64,000 bases of DNA from Mobula hypostoma (taxonomy: Eukaryota), in contig NC_086106.1 of the NCBI RefSeq assembly GCF_963921235.1, positions 18,662,001 through 18,726,000 on the forward strand, in the 5' to 3' direction. The notes beneath the pieces were generated by a model. That model saw only the letters and a list, made by a program, of their open reading frames with translations. It had not been told where the DNA came from and did not search any database. The position numbers and the translations under genes were made by a program. Shown piece after piece: positions 59,446-64,000 of the stretch (position 1 is the stretch's first letter; each line of letters begins with the position of its first letter).

Positions 59446-60240
59446 GTATTTGTAGAGTCAGAGGATCAAAGGCATGGAAACTGGTCCTTCGTCCCAACTC
59501 CTCCATGCTGACCAAGATGCCCATCCAAGCTGGTCAGATTGACAGCATTTTGTGGGAACTTTCCTTATCCATTGCCCTCTTGATTTTATGCATCTCTACA
59601 AAATCTCCACTCAATTTCCTACAAGTCGAAGATTTTCACCAGAGCTGAGGAAGTTAGAGATTTAATAAACAAGTACAGTCGCAGGAAAATATCCCATCTC
59701 ACTGTTACGTTGACTCTCCACAGTGACTGCGGCTCCAAGATACAAAATTACATTTTCTGTAATTTGAATATTCGTTCCAAGGAAAGTCCTAGCCCAGACA
59801 ATGTCTCCCTGTAACTCAGTCATGGCAACATCCTTGTAAATCATTTCTGTACCCTTTTCTCATTAATAGCATCTTTCCACCAGGAGATTGAATAAAAACT
59901 GAACACAATACTCCAAATACAACCTCACTGGTATCGTCTACCGTTTCAACATTTATACGCAATGTTCTGATTGATGAAGACCAGCATAACAAAAGGCTTC
60001 TTCACCACCCTGTCTACCTGTGACTCCACTTTCAGTGAACCATGTACTTGAACTCCAAGGTCCCTCTGTTCCACATCACTCTCCAGGGCCCTTTCATTCA
60101 CTGTGAAATTCCTATCTTGGTTTAACCTTTGAAAACATTACACCTTGCACTTCCTTGAATGGAACTCCGTCTGCCAGCCCATTTTTTCAGTTGAACAAGA
60201 ACCCGCTGTAATTTTGATAACCTTTGCTCTTCACTTTACT
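59446..60240 (-). mobile_element. CR1 RT 3' remnant
   Basis: Reverse strand has LEYCVQF-type and CR1 tail sequence. Confidence 0.8.
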
Positions 60241-62118
60241 GCTCATTTTTCGATGGGCTGCAATTCGTGAGAGAAAGGTCATTAATTGGGGTTTAAAAAG
60301 AGCTCAGGTGTATTCAAGACTTTTCAGTGGGCTGCAATCATGTTGATTCAGTCTGCTTCGATAGCACTCGTCAGGGGCCAATAAAGAGGAGTGAGGTGTA
60401 AGTGGGGCAGCCATTGTGGGAGTGGCCATTGTGTGAGTGGACAGTGTGAGAGTGGTCAGTTTTAGCTCAAAAGGCTTCCTTGAAGTCAGGTGTGGGCAAA
60501 CACAGGTGGATGCTCTAAGGAAGTTTCTAGTAAGTTTTTTTCCTCTTGGTACACAGCTTATTGCTCTGAGAATGGGTCCAGAGATAGTGGTATGTTCCTT
60601 GTATGAGATGTTGTAACTTCTGGATACATCCAGTCTCCCTGATAAATACATTTATACGAAGTGCACTGAGCTGCAGTTCCTTAGACACCGTGTTAAGGAA
60701 CTGGAGCTGCAGCTCAAAGACCTTTGGCTCTTAAGGGAAAATGAGGAGGTGATAGATAGGAGCTGTATTGAGGTAGTCACCCCTAAGTTACAGGAGATGG
60801 GTACCAGGGTGACTGTCAGTAGAGGGAAATGAAAAAGGCAGCCAGTACAGAGTGCCCCTGTGGCTGTTCCCCTCAATAATAATTCAAATGCTTTGGATAC
60901 TGTTAGGGGGACACCTGTTGGGGGCAGCTACAAGGACCTGATCTCTGGCACTAAATGTGTCTCAGTGGCTCAGAAGGGAAGGGAATGGGTGGGCTGGGAA
61001 GAAGAAGAGTGCAGTAGTAATTGGGGATTCCACGATTAGAGGACCGGACAGAGATTCTGTAGACACCTGGATAGTATGTTGCCTCACAGCTGCCAGAGTA
61101 GGAGATGTCTCAGATCAGGTCAATAGCATTCTAAAGGGGAAGGGTGAACAGCTGGAAGATGTGATACATATTGGTACCAATGGCAGGGCGGAAAAGGGAG
61201 GAGGTCTGGAAGACAGAATACAAGGAGTTGGGTCGAAAGCTGAGAAGCAGGGCCTCCAGGGTAGTAATCGCTGAACTGCTGCTTATGCCATGCACCAAGG
61301 AGGGTAAGAAAATGATGATATGGCAGATGAATGCAGAGCTGTGGAATTGGTACAGGGGGCAGGGTTTCAGATTTCTGTATCATTGGGATCTCTTCTGGGG
61401 AAGGAGTGACTTGTACAAAAAGGACGGCTTGCACCTGAACCTGAAGGGGACTAATACCCTTGCAGGCAGGTTTGCTGGAGCTTTAGGGCATGTTTTGAAC
61501 TAGTTTGGCAGGGGAATGGGAAACTGAGTGATAGGGCTGAGGATGGGGCAGTTGTTATATAACTGGATGCAGTGTGTAGTGAGACTGTGAGGAAGGACTG
61601 GCAGATGATGGGCAAAATTGCAGTCAGTGGGACAAGGGGCCAAAATAAAAATGATGAATTCAGGACTGAAGGTGTTATATTTGAATACAGCATATGGAAT
61701 AAGGTAGATGATCTTGAAGCACAGTTAGAGATCGGCACTAGTGATGCTGTGGACATCGCTGAGTCATGGTTGGAAGATGATCATAGTTGGGGGATTAACA
61801 TCCAAGGATACACGTTGTTTTGAAAGGATAGGCAGAGGAAGTGGGATGGCTCTGTTGGTAAAAAAAAATTAAATCAAATCATTGGAAATAGGTGACATAG
61901 GACTGGAAGATATAGAATCCTTCTGAGTGGAGTTAAGAAACTGCAAAAGTAAAATGTCCCTGATAGGAGTTATATACAAGCCTCTGAACAGTAGCCAAGA
62001 TGTGGGCTATAAATTACAACTGGAGGTAGAAAACACGTATCAAAAGGGCAATGTTATGATGACCATGAGGGATTTCAATATGCAGGGAGAATGGAAAAAT
62101 CAAATTGGTGCTGGATCC
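60241..62118 (+). mobile_element. CR1 5' part (5'UTR, ORF1 with SGNH esterase, endonuclease start)
   Basis: VVIGDSTIRG, VIHIGTN, DGLHLNLKGTN, IAESWL. Confidence 0.9.
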
Positions 62119-62775
62119 TGTGACAGGGTCTTGAATTACCCCTATGAACTATGCTTTTGAAAAGAGACAGAGAGAGTTATTTAACACCAACATCTTGTTT
62201 TTAAGAGAGAGAGATGTGAAGACTGCTCACAGTATGTTTACATTTCTACAAGGACGCTGCCTGGTTGGAAATTCTTACAGACAGAGAGGGGAGGAGCTGT
62301 TTGAGTGACAGTTGGTATTCAGCATGGGGAGATAAATAGAAGGTCAGATGATAGACCTGAGACACATGGTTTTGGACACTGAATGAGCTTTGTTGTGCCC
62401 ACAGAAAAGGTGGGTTTTGGAGGATCGATCAGTGGCTCTCGCAGTGTGAAAAGGGAATGACCAGTGGGGAGTTGTTTGTGTGTCCAACTCTCGCCTGGGT
62501 TGATAATTCCACCACAGAAGAACGGTCCCCTTTGTTGTGGTCACAGTTGGTGACCTCTAAAGGATTTCGGAGGACAACGGGAAGATCGATGGCATCAGCT
62601 CACTTGAAGACTCAAATCTCTTCCTCTCTTTCTCTCTCCATCACTACTCAATTCCATACCACGGACTGAACTGAACTTTACTCATCATCGTAAGACTGTA
62701 TCTATTTACCTCTAGACTTGAAGAAGCTTGGTTTTCATATATTTCCACACTTACTGATATACTTATATACTTATA
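62119..62775 (+). mobile_element. 3'-truncated LTR (Gypsy-like)
   Basis: Starts TGTGACAGG exactly where CR1 coding breaks; ATAAATA box near 62333; no terminal CA or TSD found. Confidence 0.55.
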
Positions 62776-63019
62776 TACTCAACTGCCAGATGAGCTCAAT
62801 GGGTCAGGCCACATCTTTGGAAGGAAAGGAAGGGACAACATTTCAAGTGGATGTTCTACATCAGGACAGACACAGGGTTCTTATCCCACGTGATTCTATT
62901 CAAGTTGGCCTTACTTTTCCTTACACGTCCATTATACATTTTGAAAGACTTTTTTCCTTACTGTTCCTCATCGTATTCCTCATATTAAAAAAAAAGTTTC
63001 CCTTTTGAATTCAGGCTAG

Positions 63020-63780
63020 AATTTGCTCAGATTTCGGAAGAAATCTTCTCTGATGCCAGTTGCAAATTTTAGAGCATTGGTTATGGTACCAGGAATGTGC
63101 AGGGTCCATTTTCCGGCCACATGGTCGTGAGACACTTGTTTATTACCAAACAGTGTGTGGTAGAGACAAACATTTCATTTTTCACAGCGAATCCAGCAAC
63201 ATGTAGAAGATGTTCTCCTCCCAGATGACCCTTGTATCATGTGTAAAAATCACCTTGTTTCTTTAGAGAATCCCTCACTTGGGGTGGCGACATCAACGTC
63301 CAACTCTCTGTGTTCGTGGTTAAAGCAACATTAGGACAGCTATATATTTCACTGTTGGAGATTCCATGGGTTCTCACATTCCAGTGACTCAACTTCACTA
63401 CATGACTTCAATTGCAGTGGGGAGTTATCACATTTGTTATGGGGAAAAAACAACTGGAAAAGCATTGTGTGTCCTGTCAGCACAGTTCCTGTAACACCAG
63501 CGACACTATTTGTGAATATCCCACCAGTAGCCTGGTCTATGGTGTCAGCATCTCCTCTGCAGCATCAACTAACCATTGACTGATCTGTGCATCCAAAGCC
63601 CCATGGCCGAAGCACAAGCAGGAAGATTGGCAAGCTGTGATTGGAGGATCCGTTGCCACGTGGATTGGAGGGGTGCGAGCTGTTGGAGCTGCAAATTTGA
63701 ATCCCAATAGTCGGCACTCGAGTGTGGGCTGGTCAAGGCTCTCATTAAAGGTCAGGGTTGATGTGTGTGACAGTCGGGTG
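63020..63780 (-). repeat. U4 copy: CpG-depleted, 5'-shortened promoter homolog plus RTE endonuclease
   Basis: Reverse complement GAGAGCCTTGACCAGCCCACACTCGAGTGCCGAC aligns with 11929-11961; HVAGFAVKNE in the RTE part. Confidence 0.85.
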
Positions 63781-64000
63781 AGAAGGAGACACGGGAGACT
63801 ACAGATGCTGGAATCTGGAGCAACAAGCAGTCTGCTGTATAAAGTCAGCTGCTGGAGTAGTATTTGTGGGTGGAGGAATATGGAGCAGGCATAAGGTATA
63901 TATGGATAAGCTGAGCTGTGATGGGCAGGTAGGAGAGGACATGATGGAGGGGAGTGGTGGGTGGGTGAAGGTGGCGACAACAGCGTAAAGGGTGGGTCAG
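63780..64000 (-). mobile_element. Penelope terminal tail, paralog of 10900-11100
   Basis: ATTCCTCCACCCACAAATACT...CCAGATTCCAGCATCTG...CTCACCC is shared. Confidence 0.85.

Overview
Repeat-dense vertebrate genomic DNA, almost certainly from a cartilaginous fish and probably a ray (inferred from the CR1, Rex1, RTE, Penelope and V-SINE repertoire and an IgW/IgNAR-type exon). I found no intact host protein-coding gene, rRNA, tRNA or CRISPR array. Most long ORFs in the track are LINE, ERV or transposon remnants or their antisense shadows. Beneath the TE layer the window is a mosaic of about six diverged paralogous copies of one ancestral segment: plus-strand copies at roughly 0.5-1.6, 10.9-42.0, 42.0-42.4 and 43.4-51.9 kb, and minus-strand copies at 57.9-53.8 and 64.0-58.3 kb. 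That segment is a CpG-island, apparently bidirectional promoter (CACGTG-N12-CCAAT module) followed by a fossil RTE LINE. Each copy carries its own later insertions: two different ERV fragments, solo LTRs, Tigger, hAT, and nested CR1/Rex1. At the strand-switch point sits an orphan, frameshifted but splice-site-intact immunoglobulin heavy-chain C1 exon of IgW CH4 / IgNAR C3 type (53432-53738, minus), about 3.6 kb downstream of one CpG-island copy on the same strand. All family assignments come from motif recall and by-eye alignment, not database searches, and many boundaries are approximate.
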